Positions 63,146 to 64,000 of a stretch of 64,000 bases of DNA are shown here, in pieces. The position numbers and the translations under genes are program-made. Origin of the DNA: an uncultured delta proteobacterium (GTDB lineage Bacteria > Desulfobacterota > Zymogenia > Zymogenales > Zymogenaceae). Each line of letters opens with the position of its first letter. Positions within the stretch are counted from its first letter, which is position 1. The DNA lies in the NCBI GenBank assembly GCA_963735595.1, contig CAVTLK010000002.1, positions 160,001 to 224,000 of the forward strand. Reading direction: 5' to 3'. Below the pieces are notes generated by a model, which saw only the letters and a program-made list of their open reading frames with translations, was not told where the DNA came from and made no database searches.

Positions 63146-64000
63146 CTATACCCTCGTATCGTGTCGTATCTCGTCGGCTTTCGGCTGCGGCTCTTCCTCG
63201 AACAGCCCCGCCTTTTCGATATAGAGGTTCAGGATATCGTGGGCGGTCTTCTCGTCCAATTTCCCGTTCATCGAGGGGGTCTCGAAGAACCGCTTGGGGA
63301 ACGTCAAACGTGAGAAATCGAAGCCCATATCCTTCTTGAGGCGGTTCTTGAGCCGCCAGATCTTTTCCCCGATGGCCGTCAGTTCCCCGGGGGTCTTTTC
63401 GATCCCGATGGAAGACAGGGCTTCCGAGACCAGGGCCTTATCGCCGTATATCTTGCGGGCAAACAGGCATATGTGGAGCGACGTGAGCATGTTCCGGTCG
63501 ATCTCCTCGGCGATGAGCTTTTTTACCAACTCTTCCTTGTCGAACTCCTTCATGCCCTGGTCCAGGGCGTAGCCGGCGTTGTCCAGGTGGGAGTGGCGCG
63601 TGCTGACCGCCTGTCCCACCATGGCACCGTAGCCGGTGTGGTAGCCGGTCATCTCGTGGTCGCCCAGCACCATCGCGTAGTCCTTCCCGCCGTATTTCTC
63701 CGAAAGATGGGAGAGGCCCATACCAACGTCCCGGTAAAAGTCGTTGGGCCGCGTGACGATGTATCTGATGATGTTCAGATAGGCAACGGCGTCCCCGAAC
63801 GAAACGTCGGTCTTAAGCATCTCCCTGGTGACGATACCGCGCTGGAACGCCTCGGTGATCCACGCAAGGAGTACGCCGGTGGACATGGCGTCCAATCCAT
63901 ATTCTTCCACGGCGTCGATGAGAGACAAAAGGTCGCTCTTTTTCCCCACCCCGATCATGCTGCCGAGGGCGAATATCAGCTCATAGTCGTAGCCCACACC
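63146..64000 (-). CDS. aldehyde:ferredoxin oxidoreductase, C-terminal part (starts beyond window)
   Basis: YDYE...LGS, YGLDAMSTG, EMTGY, RHSHLD, ICLFAR, FPKRFFE motifs of W-dependent AOR. Confidence 0.85.
   Translation of the reverse strand, partial: GVGYDYELIFALGSMIGVGKKSDLLSLIDAVEEYGLDAMSTGVLLAWITEAFQRGIVTREMLKTDVSFGDAVAYLNIIRYIVTRPNDFYRDVGMGLSHLSEKYGGKDYAMVLGDHEMTGYHTGYGAMVGQAVSTRHSHLDNAGYALDQGMKEFDKEELVKKLIAEEIDRNMLTSLHICLFARKIYGDKALVSEALSSIGIEKTPGELTAIGEKIWRLKNRLKKDMGFDFSRLTFPKRFFETPSMNGKLDEKTAHDILNLYIEKAGLFEEEPQPKADEIRHDTRV

Overview
64 kb of a GC-rich (~60% by eye), diderm, probably anaerobic bacterium. A Desulfobacterota/deltaproteobacteria-like origin is inferred from gene content (AOR, FprA, sigma54-driven pilin, ADP-forming acyl-CoA ligase). 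I found no rRNA, tRNA, CRISPR array, IS or prophage. Scattered 1-nt indels, including in housekeeping-type genes, look like long-read consensus errors, so split ORFs were rejoined by hand. The left third (1240-21731) is a three-gene, probably sigma54-driven surface-protein operon: an outer-membrane beta-barrel, an Ig-repeat/DUF11/SdrD-B protein, and a ~5,000-aa DUF11/isopeptide-repeat protein that ends in a duplicated alpha-helical module of unknown function. The middle holds clpB, bcp, a PflX-like radical SAM, adk, a TetR-MFP-RND operon whose RND lacks the canonical proton-relay residues, EncFtn-like ferritin plus FprA, a 5'-nucleotidase, and two paralogous acyl-CoA ligases flanking an 8-PAS hybrid kinase with a G13 tract. 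The right part holds a TPR protein, an aromatic-rich sigma54 type IV pilin, ugd-uxs and metabolic genes. It also holds the best candidate for an undescribed system: a compact RiPP-like cassette (54476->52714, minus strand). This consists of a 20-aa precursor missed by the ORF track (MKIKKVQKVAKGLCKCGRSC) with its own promoter, strong RBS and terminator, then a small Cys-rich protein, then an RRE(PqqD)-like/radical SAM/SPASM maturase. A candidate ~110-nt small RNA with a FadR-like operator lies at ~28175-28352. All family assignments come from motifs recognised by eye, not from database searches.
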